From the NCBI GenBank assembly GCA_963820525.1, contig CAWGAA010000001.1, positions 2,784,001 through 2,848,000 on the forward strand: DNA of 64,000 nt, read 5' to 3'. The notes under the pieces were generated by a model, which was given only the letters and a program-made list of their open reading frames with translations, ran no database searches and was not told the DNA's origin. The position numbers and the translations under genes are program-made. The stretch is from an uncultured Spirochaetota bacterium. GTDB lineage: Bacteria > Spirochaetota > Spirochaetia > SZUA-6 > Fen-1364. Of this stretch, positions 28,279 through 38,416 are shown in pieces. Each line of letters begins with the position of its first letter. Position 1 is the stretch's first letter.

Positions 28279-31054
28279 CGCCAAGCTCCTTGCAGATGAA
28301 TTGATAATGGCATGCAGGACAGCGGGAGGGGTCTTTATTCAGTGGAAAAGATTTGGCTTTAAGACCATCAGAGACTGAAGAGAGAAGACTTTTTGCTGTT
28401 CCATCATCATAATCGAAATCAATGCATTGACTGTCAAAAAAGGTGTATGTGGCCATTCGTTGGATGGCGGTATCCACAAGACAGTGGCGGTAAATGCCAA
28501 GCTGGTCTTTGACGCCCGTTTCCTCAATGCCTTCACGTGTACGTGCCTTGAAATCAACCAGCGTGTTTTTGCCGGTATTATCCCGAGCCACCAGATCAAC
28601 CTTCCCTCGGACAATCGTGGTGCCGTCGATGTGTACAAACGGCTTTTCGAAAGAGTGAATCTCGCGGAACTCTTTTACTGCAAAGGCAAGGTATTTAAGG
28701 GTGAGGCCAAGGTAGCTCTTCTTGAGCTTTTCATCAGATTCTTCGTCATAGATGGGGATCCATGATCCGTTTATGAATCCCTGGATATCGCCCTTGGTCA
28801 CTTTTTTACCATTTTTCAAGGCCCAGTTCACTTTCTGCAGAACATTGTGAATGATAACTCCTTGTCGCTGCATCGGTTCCGCAGAGGAAGCGAATCCATA
28901 GAAGTAATTGATCTTGTAGCGGAACGGGCAATCCCGGTAGGTATGGACGGCGCTGTAGCTCAGGGATGTCACGGAAAGCGGAGAAATGTAGGAGTTGTCC
29001 ATCCGTATATCAGTGTCGATTTCCTCCGTGACATATCCCTTGATCATTTCGATAAAACGGGAGGGCCGCGCTTTTCTGACATTAATTTTCTCAGGAACTG
29101 TGATCATTAGGAGATCCTGGGCTCGAGTGATTGCCACATACAACAGCCTGAGTTCCTCCTCGAAATGCCTTTTCTCATCAGCCGTTTTTATCTTCATGAG
29201 ATTATCTGGGATCGGGATGCCGCAGACTGGTTCTTTTTCCCGATAGCGGAGAGGAAAATCTCCCTCGATCAACGAGCAGACGACCACGGCTGGGAACTCC
29301 AGGCCCTTTGCCTTGTGCACCGTCATGCATTTGGCCGCTTCCGTGCTTTCAACAAAGACCTGGTCCATTCCCTTGTCCATTGTCTTGTTGTAGAGCAGCC
29401 ATAAAAGGTCTTTCGCGGACGGCCGTGAGAAACGCCGTTGGTAACCGTCAACAATCCTGGTAAGCTGGGCCAGGTTTAAAAGCTTCTCCTCATTTTCTGG
29501 GCAGGGATGATCGAAGAGCAGCGACAGATATCCGGAGAGCTTGAAGATTTCATACAGAGCGTCGAGCAAGCCGATCTCATTTTCTTCTATTCTTTTCTTG
29601 GCTAGATTCAGCTCTACCAGGACTCGGCTATCCTTGCGATTTCTGATGCCGAGCGCTGAAGCCTTTTTGTCTGAATTGATTGCGTTGAGGCTGGAGTTTC
29701 GCGGAAGGTTGCGGAGCACGTCCAGGGTCGTGCGCGAGAAAGAAATCACCTCATTGTCAAAAAGATCGGGCCGCCACCAATCGCTCCAATCCTTGAATCG
29801 TGTTTCAGCTATCAAGCTTTGATGCAGATAGCTGAAGATGTTGATAACGTCCCGGATCTCCTTCCGCTCCAGAAAGCGGCCGTCGCTATCCGTGGCGAAT
29901 GCCAGACCGTGTTCCTGCAAAGCCGCGGTAACATCGGTTGCCAGGCTTCTTTTTCGATAGAGAAAGGCGCAGTCGCCTATGGAAAGCTTTCCCTGTGCAA
30001 TCTTTTTTTTCAAAAACAGAACAGCATTTTGAGCCACGGCTCTCCTGTTTTCCCCGTTGATGAGGATAATCTCATTTCCCTTGGAGCGATGGGCCTCAAG
30101 TTTTTCCTTGATTTTAGCTTCCAAGAGCTTGTTGGCAGTGTCAACGATGTTTTTTGTAGAACGAAAATTGGTGTTCAAAGTAAAAGACTTTGTCTCTGGA
30201 TACCGGCAGGAGAATTGCGTGAAGCTTTCCCGCACTGCTCCCCGAAAACCGTAGATGCTCTGGTTTTCATCCCCAACGACAAAGATGTTTTTATGGTCCG
30301 AAACGATATGCCTGATGATTTCATTCTGTATGGGGTTGGTGTCCTGATATTCGTCCACGAGCACAAAGCGGAACCGCTCCTGGACAGGCGTGCGGACGGC
30401 CCGAATATCTGAAAGCATTTTCAATGCGATGCTTTCAAGATGTGCAAAATCAACGAGTTTTTCCGCGCGTAATAATGCCACATACCTCTTATAGCTTTCG
30501 ATAAGTGCCCTGCCATCCTCGGTTTCCACGCCCATCTTTTCTATCACAGCGGCTAATGCCTTTGGTTTAATGTCGTTTTCTGTGATGGTGTTATAGAGAA
30601 GGCATACCTGATCTTCTGGATTGCCTGCGAATCCTGCCGCTTTGCTGATGAGATTACGCCAGCCGTGTGGACCATTGAGACCCAGCCGGTATCTGTTTGC
30701 GATGATAAAAAGCTTCTGGTTCTCACTGTCAAGAATGTTGAAGGAGGCGCCAAAATCTTGAAAGACGAAATGGTCTTCCATGATCGTCTTGCAGAGAGAG
30801 TGGATGGTTGAAACGTGAACTGCCTTCGCGTTTTCTCCTATTGAGAGAAAAAGGCGAGTGCTCATCTCCTCCGCGGCCTTTTCCGTAAAGGTCACAGCCA
30901 GGATACTATTCGGTTGGGTTTTTTTCTCTTCTATGAGAAACTTTATCCGCTCAATCAGGACCCGGGTCTTGCCGGAACCCGGTCCGGCAATGACTATTGC
31001 GGGTCCCAAATAGTGGTGCGCTGCATCTCTTTGGCGGTCGGTGAGCTGGACCAT
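28256..31054 (-). CDS. UvrD/PcrA-like SF1 helicase fused to PD-(D/E)XK nuclease with 4-Cys cluster
   Basis: AGPGSGKT, DEYQD, VGDENQSIYGFRGA, TVHKAKGLEF, YVAITRA; C-terminal CPFRY, GKVDL, VDFK, CPAC...C. Confidence 0.9.
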   Translation of the reverse strand: MVQLTDRQRDAAHHYLGPAIVIAGPGSGKTRVLIERIKFLIEEKKTQPNSILAVTFTEKAAEEMSTRLFLSIGENAKAVHVSTIHSLCKTIMEDHFVFQDFGASFNILDSENQKLFIIANRYRLGLNGPHGWRNLISKAAGFAGNPEDQVCLLYNTITENDIKPKALAAVIEKMGVETEDGRALIESYKRYVALLRAEKLVDFAHLESIALKMLSDIRAVRTPVQERFRFVLVDEYQDTNPIQNEIIRHIVSDHKNIFVVGDENQSIYGFRGAVRESFTQFSCRYPETKSFTLNTNFRSTKNIVDTANKLLEAKIKEKLEAHRSKGNEIILINGENRRAVAQNAVLFLKKKIAQGKLSIGDCAFLYRKRSLATDVTAALQEHGLAFATDSDGRFLERKEIRDVINIFSYLHQSLIAETRFKDWSDWWRPDLFDNEVISFSRTTLDVLRNLPRNSSLNAINSDKKASALGIRNRKDSRVLVELNLAKKRIEENEIGLLDALYEIFKLSGYLSLLFDHPCPENEEKLLNLAQLTRIVDGYQRRFSRPSAKDLLWLLYNKTMDKGMDQVFVESTEAAKCMTVHKAKGLEFPAVVVCSLIEGDFPLRYREKEPVCGIPIPDNLMKIKTADEKRHFEEELRLLYVAITRAQDLLMITVPEKINVRKARPSRFIEMIKGYVTEEIDTDIRMDNSYISPLSVTSLSYSAVHTYRDCPFRYKINYFYGFASSAEPMQRQGVIIHNVLQKVNWALKNGKKVTKGDIQGFINGSWIPIYDEESDEKLKKSYLGLTLKYLAFAVKEFREIHSFEKPFVHIDGTTIVRGKVDLVARDNTGKNTLVDFKARTREGIEETGVKDQLGIYRHCLVDTAIQRMATYTFFDSQCIDFDYDDGTAKSLLSSVSDGLKAKSFPLNKDPSRCPACHYQFICKELGDGKSTNA

Positions 31055-31311
31055 TTTTTATTTAGAACTCAATCAGATTATAGGACTCAGGGATTGTTAT
31101 TGCAAATGCCCTGGCTTGATTTCTGGCAAGCGGATGCCCTACAATCGGATCACTTTCCATCATGGGCGGCGCACTCCGTATCCCAATGCCAGACGATGCC
31201 TTTCAATCCAAATGCCCAGGCGAAGAGACCTGGGATCATTTTCGTTTTCCGGAGCCGGGCGGACAACTATCTTTGAGAGGAAGCAGGTGTCGCGGGAGGA
31301 GGAGTGACGGC

Positions 31312-32550
31312 GTGAAGCGGAAAACGTGCGGCAAGTCCCATCTCCAAGGACGGTCTGTCGGAACGCCGTGGGAGGTTCTGGGTGTCGCAGCCCGCCTTGG
31401 GATTACCTCATTCGGCGGACCCATCGCACACCTTGGATATTTCCATGAAGAATACGTTGTTCGAAGAAAGTGGATCGACGAGAAAAGCTACGCTGACCTT
31501 GTCGCTTTATGCCAGATGATCCCTGGCCCCGCCAGCAGCCAACTTGGCATTGCCATCGGAATCGAGCGCGCAGGCCTCTTGGGGGGCGTTGCGGCCTGGA
31601 TTGGTTTCACCCTGCCGTCTGCTATTGCGCTGACCGGATTTGCGCTTCTGGTGCACGGATCGGTCGTCGGAACCGCCGGGTGGCTGCACGGCCTCCTTGT
31701 GGTTGCCGTGGCGGTTGTGGCCCAGGCCGTGTGGTCCATGTCCCGCACTTTGACTCCTGACGCGCCGCGGGCGTCAATCGCCTTCTCCGCCGCGATAGCG
31801 AGCATTCTTCTGCCTTCCTCTCTCACCCAGATTCTTCTGATTGTCGCGGGCGCAATTGTCGGGTTGATCCTCCTGAGAACGAACGCTGAAGACAAGCCCA
31901 ACCTGCCGACAAGCATTGAGACGACCGGCCGCGTCGTTGCCATCGCGTGCCTGGCACTGTTTGTTCTCCTCCTGATCGGTCTCCCGGTCCTTCGCGCCGC
32001 AATACACTCGCAGTGGATCGCGCTTATCGACAGCTTCTATCGCAGCGGTTCGCTTGTCTTTGGTGGGGGACATGTGGTTCTGCCGCTTCTCCAGCGCGAA
32101 GTAGTGCCCACAGGATGGATTTCGAATGAAAGCTTCCTTGCAGGATATGGGGCAGCCCAAGCTGTGCCTGGTCCACTTTTTACTTTCTCGGCATACCTTG
32201 GGGTGCTTATGGCAACCGCGCCGAACGGCGTCCTTGGGGCTGTAGTGGCGTTGGCGGCCATCTATCTGCCTTCTTTTTTGCTCATCAATGGACTGCTTCC
32301 ATTCTGGAATACCCTCCGGAATCAGGGGGTTGTGCGGTCAGCTCTCTCCGGGGTGAATGCCGCCGTAGTTGGGATTCTTCTCGCTGCGCTTTATACCCCG
32401 ATGTGGACCAGCGCAATCTTACGTCCTGCTGATTTTGCCATCGGTCTGGCAGCCTTCCTGCTCCTGACGATATGGAAAGTGCGACCCTGGATCATTGTTG
32501 TCGCAGGAGCCGTGGCGGGCGAAGCTCTTGAGCTTGCCCTGAAACTATAG
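31312..32550 (+). CDS. chrA: Chromate efflux transporter
   Basis: SFGGPIAH, QMIPGPASSQ, VFGGGHVVLP, AQAVPGPLF; GTG start after GGAGG. Confidence 0.93.
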   Translation: MKRKTCGKSHLQGRSVGTPWEVLGVAARLGITSFGGPIAHLGYFHEEYVVRRKWIDEKSYADLVALCQMIPGPASSQLGIAIGIERAGLLGGVAAWIGFTLPSAIALTGFALLVHGSVVGTAGWLHGLLVVAVAVVAQAVWSMSRTLTPDAPRASIAFSAAIASILLPSSLTQILLIVAGAIVGLILLRTNAEDKPNLPTSIETTGRVVAIACLALFVLLLIGLPVLRAAIHSQWIALIDSFYRSGSLVFGGGHVVLPLLQREVVPTGWISNESFLAGYGAAQAVPGPLFTFSAYLGVLMATAPNGVLGAVVALAAIYLPSFLLINGLLPFWNTLRNQGVVRSALSGVNAAVVGILLAALYTPMWTSAILRPADFAIGLAAFLLLTIWKVRPWIIVVAGAVAGEALELALKL

Positions 32551-32622
32551 CGGCGGCCGCGAATATGGACCTGCCAATCAGTCGTGCCGAGGATTAAACT
32601 ATTGATAAGGGGAAGGTTCTCC

Positions 32623-33804
32623 ATGAAAAAGCCGATCTTGATTTGTTTTGTTTCCCTATTGATTGCGTATTCTGCGAGCAAGGACAATCAATCATCCGCG
32701 TCCGGGAATGGTCTGATTCCATTTCGCAAGGGCGATAAATGGGGTTACTGTGACGCAAGAAAAAAAGTGCTTGTTGCGCTGAAATATGACTTTGCAGCGC
32801 CATTCAGTGAAGGCTTGGCAGGGGTTGAGCTGGGCGGCAAGTGGGGATACATCGACAAGACCGGCATGGAAGTAGTCCCGCTGAAATACGACGCTGCAGC
32901 GTTCTTCAGCGAAGGCTTGTCGCGGGTTGAGCTGAGCGGCAAGTGGGGATACATCGACAGAATCGGCATGGAAATAGTCCCGCTGAAATATGACTTTGCA
33001 GCACCCTTCCGCGAAGGCTTGTCGCGGGTTGAGCTGGGCGGCAAGTGGGGATACATCGACAGAATCGGCATGGAAGTAGTTCCGCCGGAATATGAAAGCG
33101 CATCGCCTTTCAGCGAAACTCTGGCACGGGTTGAGCTGGTGGGCAAGTGTGGATACATCGATAAGACCGGCACGGAAGTAATCCTGCTGAAATATGACAG
33201 TGCATCGCCTTTCAGCGAAGGTCTGGCAGGGGTTGAGCTGGGCGGCAAGTGGGGATACATCGACAAAACTGGCATGGAAGTAGTCTCGCTAAAATATCAC
33301 AGTGCATCGCCTTTCAGCGAAGGTCTGGCGCTTGTTGAGCTGGGCGGCAAGTGCGGATACATCGACAAAACTGGCACGGAAGTAGTTCCGCTGAAATATG
33401 ACGATGCATTGGCTTTTAGCGACGGCTTGGCGCTAGTTGAGCTGGGAGGCAAGTTTGGATACATCGACAAAACCGGCACGGAAGTAGTCCCGCTGAAATA
33501 TGATATTGCATACAATTTCATCGACGGCCTGGCGCCTGCAAATCTGGGCGACAAGTGGGGATACATCGACAAAACCGGCGCGGAAGCAGTCCCGCTGAAA
33601 TATGACGATGTATTGGCTTTCAGTGACGGCCTGGCGCTTATTGAGCTGGGAGGCAAGTGGGGATACATCGACAAAACCGGCATGGAAGTAGTCCCGGCAA
33701 AATATCACAGTGCATCGCCTTTCAGCCAAGGTCTCGCGCTTGTTGAGCTGGGAGGCAAGTGGGGATACATCGACAAAACAGGTACTGAATATTGGGAGAA
33801 TTAA
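32623..33804 (+). CDS. Exported WG-repeat (KWG) protein
   Basis: About ten 35-aa repeats FSEGLA.VELGGKWGYIDKTG.EVVP.KY; N-terminal signal peptide. Confidence 0.92.
   Translation: MKKPILICFVSLLIAYSASKDNQSSASGNGLIPFRKGDKWGYCDARKKVLVALKYDFAAPFSEGLAGVELGGKWGYIDKTGMEVVPLKYDAAAFFSEGLSRVELSGKWGYIDRIGMEIVPLKYDFAAPFREGLSRVELGGKWGYIDRIGMEVVPPEYESASPFSETLARVELVGKCGYIDKTGTEVILLKYDSASPFSEGLAGVELGGKWGYIDKTGMEVVSLKYHSASPFSEGLALVELGGKCGYIDKTGTEVVPLKYDDALAFSDGLALVELGGKFGYIDKTGTEVVPLKYDIAYNFIDGLAPANLGDKWGYIDKTGAEAVPLKYDDVLAFSDGLALIELGGKWGYIDKTGMEVVPAKYHSASPFSQGLALVELGGKWGYIDKTGTEYWEN
32780..33790 (+). repeat. 105-bp coding tandem repeat array
   Basis: GGCAAGTGGGGATACATCGAC-like unit recurs every 105 bp. Confidence 0.9.
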
Positions 33805-34020
33805 AATAGGTCTGGACCTTGGGAAACGCTCCGAGAGTGGCCGTAGTGCGTATTGTGGTGAAGAAGCCACTTTTTCACTTATGTCATCTCTCACACTTAA
33901 CTGCGTAGACCGCTCGAAAAAAGCCACATCTGAAAGCGCCGCGTTGTCAACCTTCATTGTGCAGGCGATCAGGCATGGGTATCCCGTCATGATTCATCAG
34001 TCCGCGGGCGCGTTTGGGGG

Positions 34021-34866
34021 TCAGGTGCGCGCGCCCATCCTGTTTCCGGACTCATAGACGCGAAGCCCCAGCCTGAACACGGCAACGGAGACTGCCGCAA
34101 TGAGGGCGTCTGCCGCCGTGACCATGAGGAGGGTGGCCGCATCAAAGGAGCGGAAAAGCCGCGCGGGTATGTAGGCCACAAGCGCCGCGGGGATGATGGT
34201 GTGAAGCACCCAGGATGCGGGTCCGTCAAAGATGCTTCCCGGGTACAGCATGAAGTTGAGCACAAGGTCTGATGCCGTGGAGGCGAACTCCTCGGCGTTT
34301 CCCAGGAAGAAAGACAGGCTGTGGTACAGGATCCGCATGCTCACAAGGACTACCGCGCCCAGGATGCTGAAAACGGCGAACAGGCCCAGGCGGGGGAGGG
34401 TGATCTGCTGGGTGAGGGCGAAAAGCACAAGGCCGAAAAGCAGGTCCCCCCAGCCGGAAATGCTCATGCGGGAGGACAGGAAATTGAACAGCACGGGCCT
34501 GGGCTGAAGCAGGTACACATCAAGCTCTCCCGTGGTTATGGCGCGGGACAGGTAGCGCGCGTTTTCCAGGAACACGGCGGCCAATCCGAAAGCAACGGAG
34601 GACAACGCCCAGAGGAACATGACGTCAGAAAACGCGTAGCCTTTGATGTCCTGGAGCCTGCCGTAGAGGATCCACCAAAAGACTATGAACGATGCGTTGT
34701 TCAGCACCATGCCGACAACCTGCATGAGGAACGATGCGCGGTATTCCATGCCGGCGCTCAGGTTGAAGCGCACGTAGTGTCCAAACAGGCCCAAAGAGCG
34801 GCCCGCCCGGCGCGCCGCCCTTTGGGCCATGAGCCTTGCGGAACTGCCGCCTGCGTCAGCCGCCAT
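34021..34866 (-). CDS. ABC-2 type permease (DUF990-like)
   Basis: MEYRASF, GELDVYLLQP, YP..IF, GLRVYESG motifs. Confidence 0.88.
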   Translation of the reverse strand: MAADAGGSSARLMAQRAARRAGRSLGLFGHYVRFNLSAGMEYRASFLMQVVGMVLNNASFIVFWWILYGRLQDIKGYAFSDVMFLWALSSVAFGLAAVFLENARYLSRAITTGELDVYLLQPRPVLFNFLSSRMSISGWGDLLFGLVLFALTQQITLPRLGLFAVFSILGAVVLVSMRILYHSLSFFLGNAEEFASTASDLVLNFMLYPGSIFDGPASWVLHTIIPAALVAYIPARLFRSFDAATLLMVTAADALIAAVSVAVFRLGLRVYESGNRMGART

Positions 34867-35638
34867 TGGCGTGGATCCTCCGCTTGCCCAGACTGAAGAG
34901 CCCCACGGCCGCCGCGCCCAAAACAAAAATGTAGATGAAGGCGCCGGAAAGGCCGGTCAGGAACGTCTGGGTGCTGAACCTGACCATGGTGGCAGCCGGC
35001 CAATACGCTGAAAACGCAAAGGGCAGGAAACGCGCCACAGCGGCCAGCCCTTTGGGGAAGAGATCAATGGGGATGAACATCCCGCCCAGGATGAACACCA
35101 GCTTCTGCATTATCCAGAACATGGGGGAAACCTCCTCCGTCCAGAACGCCAGGAGGCCGATGGCCAGGACCCACAGGTTTCCGACAATGAGCCCGCACAG
35201 AATGAGGAGCAGGCCAAAGGGCAGGCTGTGGAAATATCCGGGCAGAGGTCCCACAAAGATCAGGGCCAGGATGAAGCCCAAGAGCATGATGGGGACCATC
35301 TTCACGGCGCTTTCCCCCATGGAGCGGAACAGGTGGAACGCCACGTAGGAATAGGGACGGCAGAGGTTTACGCTCACCGTCCCGTCCTTGACCTCCTCCT
35401 GGATCTGGATGTGCAGGCGGCTGCGGGAAAGCTCCACGGTCTCCGTGAAGGTCAGGTACCAGAGCGTCTGCGTGAGCGTGAACCCCTCCAGCGCTGCCCG
35501 GCCGGAGAAGATGACGCGCCACAGGGAGTAGAACGTGAACATGATGAAGACGAAAAGGACATTGCGCGCCAGGAAGGCGGGCATGTAGATGAGCTGGTCC
35601 CGCGCGGCATAGGCGAAGATGCGCAGGTATTTCTTCAC
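34856..35638 (-). CDS. ABC-2 type permease (DUF990-like)
   Basis: EEVKDGTV...LCRP, GGMFIPIDLFP, ends ANGG. Confidence 0.88.
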   Translation of the reverse strand: MKKYLRIFAYAARDQLIYMPAFLARNVLFVFIMFTFYSLWRVIFSGRAALEGFTLTQTLWYLTFTETVELSRSRLHIQIQEEVKDGTVSVNLCRPYSYVAFHLFRSMGESAVKMVPIMLLGFILALIFVGPLPGYFHSLPFGLLLILCGLIVGNLWVLAIGLLAFWTEEVSPMFWIMQKLVFILGGMFIPIDLFPKGLAAVARFLPFAFSAYWPAATMVRFSTQTFLTGLSGAFIYIFVLGAAAVGLFSLGKRRIHANGG

Positions 35639-36343
35639 CGCCCGGCTCCATAGATCATGGTGATGATCTCTTCCATGGGGGGATTGGAAATGGTCATGTC
35701 TACGACCTTGTTGTCGCGCATGATGCGAGAAATGACCTCCTCCATGTCCGCCCGCTCCTGGTCCACCTCGAGCTTCGCGGAATACTCCCTGTTTTTCAGG
35801 ATCTACACGCCGGGGATGTCCAGGGAGAGGGGGGATTCCAGCTTCAGGTCTATGATCTTCCGCTTCAGGAACGAGTACTTCATGTTCTTGATGGAATCAT
35901 CCCAGACCACGCGGCCGTGGTTGATGACAATGGCGCGCCTGCAGATCTTTTCTATGTCTCCCGCGTCGTGGGAGGTGAGAAAGATCGTGGTCTTTTTTTC
36001 TTCATTGATGCGCCTGATCAGGTCCCGGATGGTCTGCCTGACCACAATGTCAAGGCCGATGGTGGGCTCGTCCAGGAACAGGATCTGAGGCTCGTGCAGA
36101 AGGGAGGCGGCAATCTCGCATCGCATGCGCTCCCCCAGGGAAAGCCTTCGAACAGGGGTTTTCAGATACTCCCGGATCCCGAAAAGCTCCGTCAGCTCCT
36201 CTATCCGTTTGCTCGCCTGCCGTGGGTCAACCTCGTAGATGTCCGCCAGGAGCTTCAGCGAATCAAGCGGCGGAAGGTGGAACCAGAGCTGTGACCTCTG
36301 GCCAAAGACGGTGCCGATCCTGTACGCCAGCGCGCGCCGCTTC

Positions 36344-37962
36344 GGGATATAACCGAATCTTGTGGGTGGACAGGGAATAAAAAGAGCGTATCCTTCGGTG
36401 AAACCAAGCACAACCAAGGAATCACCGATTGGAGGACACGCTCATGGACGAAACTATCACATCCGGGCTGAAAATCGAAGGGGGCAATTCCCAGGAATTG
36501 TTGGAGCAGTTGGTCCGCTCTGGCGCGCGCAGTGCCCTGCAGGCGGCGCTGGAGGAAGAAGTCAATCAGTTCCTGCAAAAGTTCACGCACTTGCGAGACG
36601 AGAAAGGGCACCGGAAGGCGGTGCGCAACGGCTACATGCCCCCGCGGACCATCCTCAGCGGGGTCGGGCCACTGCCGATCCGTCAACCGCGCGTGGACGA
36701 TCGCGGGCTTCGCGATATCGAAGGGGGCGAACGATTCTCCAGCAGGATCCTGCCGCGCTTCATGCGCAAGATGCCGAGCCTGGAGGGGTTGATCCCGGTG
36801 CTGTACCTGAAGGGCATCTCCACGGGGGACTTCAGCGAAGCTTTGGCTGCGATCCTGGGCGAAGGGGCCAAGGGGCTGTCGGCCTCGACGATCACGCGGC
36901 TGAAGGAGGGGTGGCTGGAGGAGCACACGCAGTGGAGCAGCCGGGGCCTGGAGGACAAGGAGTACGTGTACCTGTGGGCGGACGGCATCTACGTCAACGT
37001 GCGTCTGGATGACGAACGCAGTTGTCTGCTGGTGCTCATCGGGGCCACACGGGAGGGCAAGAAGGAGCTGGTGGCCGTCAGCGACGGCTATCGCGAGAGT
37101 AAGGCCAGCTGGCGGGAGATGCTGCTGGACCTGAAGGCCCGGGGGCTGAGAATGGCAGGAAAACTGGTCATTGGGGATGGGGCGCTGGGATTCTGGGCAG
37201 CGGCCGAGGAGGTGTTCCCGGGGATGAAGCACCAACGCTGCTGGGTGCACAAGACCGCCAACGTTCTGGACAAGCTGCCCAAGGGGGTTCAGTCGAAGGC
37301 CAAGGCGATGCTTCACGCCATGTATCAGGCCGAGACGAAGGAGGCGGCACTGAAGGCGTATCGTTTGTTCATCGGCTGCTTTAGGGACAAGTACCCCAAG
37401 GCCGTGGAATGCCTGGAGAAGGACGAGCAGGCCCTTTTCACGTTCTACGAGTTTCCCGCGGCGCACTGGCTTCACATACGAACGACCAACCCCATCGAGT
37501 CCACGTTCGCGACGGTGAGGCTTCGCACGGCGAAGACCAAGGGGTGCGGATCGCGGGCGGCCACCCTGTCGATGGTGTTCAAGCTCTGCCGGGAGGCGGA
37601 GAAGAGCTGGCGGGGTCTGGACGGGGCAAAGTGGATCCCGATGGTGCTGGAGGGCAAGCGTTTCATCGACGGAGAGCTCAAGGAGGACGTCGCGTAGCGG
37701 CATCCGTCAGCCACCCGGGGCTGGGAAGATCGGCGGCGAACAGGATGGCTGCAAATCGTCGTGAGGATGTTCGACGAGTCATCGACTGAAAAATCGTGCG
37801 TCGTGGTGGGCCTACAACGCATTTGCGAAGGCCAGTTGGTATCTGTACACCCCCTCTACGGCGCCCGGTCTCGAGGAAAGGAGGGCATAGGGGTCAACAG
37901 CAGTTTCGAAATCATCGTTGGATACGCTCGCAATCCTGATCCACAAGAATTGACAATATCCC
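36344..37962 (+). mobile_element. IS256-family element with 9-bp target site duplication CGCCGCTTC
   Basis: Imperfect terminal IRs GGGATAT...TCTTGTGG at both ends; duplication at 36335-36343 and 37963-37971. Confidence 0.93.
36444..37697 (+). CDS. IS256 family transposase
   Basis: RNGY, YLKGISTGD, WADGIY, GDGALGFW, QRCWVHK, RTTNPIES motifs. Confidence 0.95.
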   Translation: MDETITSGLKIEGGNSQELLEQLVRSGARSALQAALEEEVNQFLQKFTHLRDEKGHRKAVRNGYMPPRTILSGVGPLPIRQPRVDDRGLRDIEGGERFSSRILPRFMRKMPSLEGLIPVLYLKGISTGDFSEALAAILGEGAKGLSASTITRLKEGWLEEHTQWSSRGLEDKEYVYLWADGIYVNVRLDDERSCLLVLIGATREGKKELVAVSDGYRESKASWREMLLDLKARGLRMAGKLVIGDGALGFWAAAEEVFPGMKHQRCWVHKTANVLDKLPKGVQSKAKAMLHAMYQAETKEAALKAYRLFIGCFRDKYPKAVECLEKDEQALFTFYEFPAAHWLHIRTTNPIESTFATVRLRTAKTKGCGSRAATLSMVFKLCREAEKSWRGLDGAKWIPMVLEGKRFIDGELKEDVA

Positions 37963-38416
37963 CGCCGCTTCCTGTGCGGGTCCAACCCCAGCACCTCTAT
38001 TGACCCCGAGGTGGGGTAAAGAATCCCCGTGATGAGCTTGATGGTTGTGGATTTGCCCGCTCCGTTCGGCCCAATGAACGCAAGGATCTCTCCGGGCTCT
38101 ACGGAGAAGCTGATTCCGTCCACGGCGCGCACGGTCCGGTATGAGGGGGAGAAGATTGACTTTATGGAGCCTGATAATCCGGGCAGTTTTTCCTTGACGC
38201 GGAAGACCTTGGTCAGATCCCTGACTTTCAGCGCTGGTTCCATAGCGGATGATACAAGAGAAGAAAGGGGGGATCAAGCAGCTTGTGGAAGGGGCCTTTG
38301 CAATAGCTCTATAGCGGGCCTGGGTTTTACATATCTCTTGACAGACAGGGATTCTTATTATACTTTTCTCCTAAAAAGTATAATAAGCAATGTTGATTGA
38401 TAATAAGGTATAACAA

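Larger units (their letters stand above)
35635..38243 (-). pseudogene. ABC transporter ATP-binding gene split by IS256, also with in-frame TAG at 35803-35805
   Basis: 5' half GPNGAGKST...GLDPHRKRR joins 3' half ALAYRIGTVFGQRSQ...LSLGERMR, LDEPT; frame continues past the TAG to TGA at 35635. Confidence 0.88.

Noticed and set aside
32780..33790. Regularly spaced repeats resembling a CRISPR array
   Set aside because: The 105-bp period is in frame within a protein, the 'spacers' are similar to each other, and there are no cas genes.
36255..37703. Long antisense ORFs (482 aa here; also 1850-2932, 54090-55265, 57080-58252)
   Set aside because: Shadow frames of well-supported genes in GC-rich DNA, with no motifs of their own.
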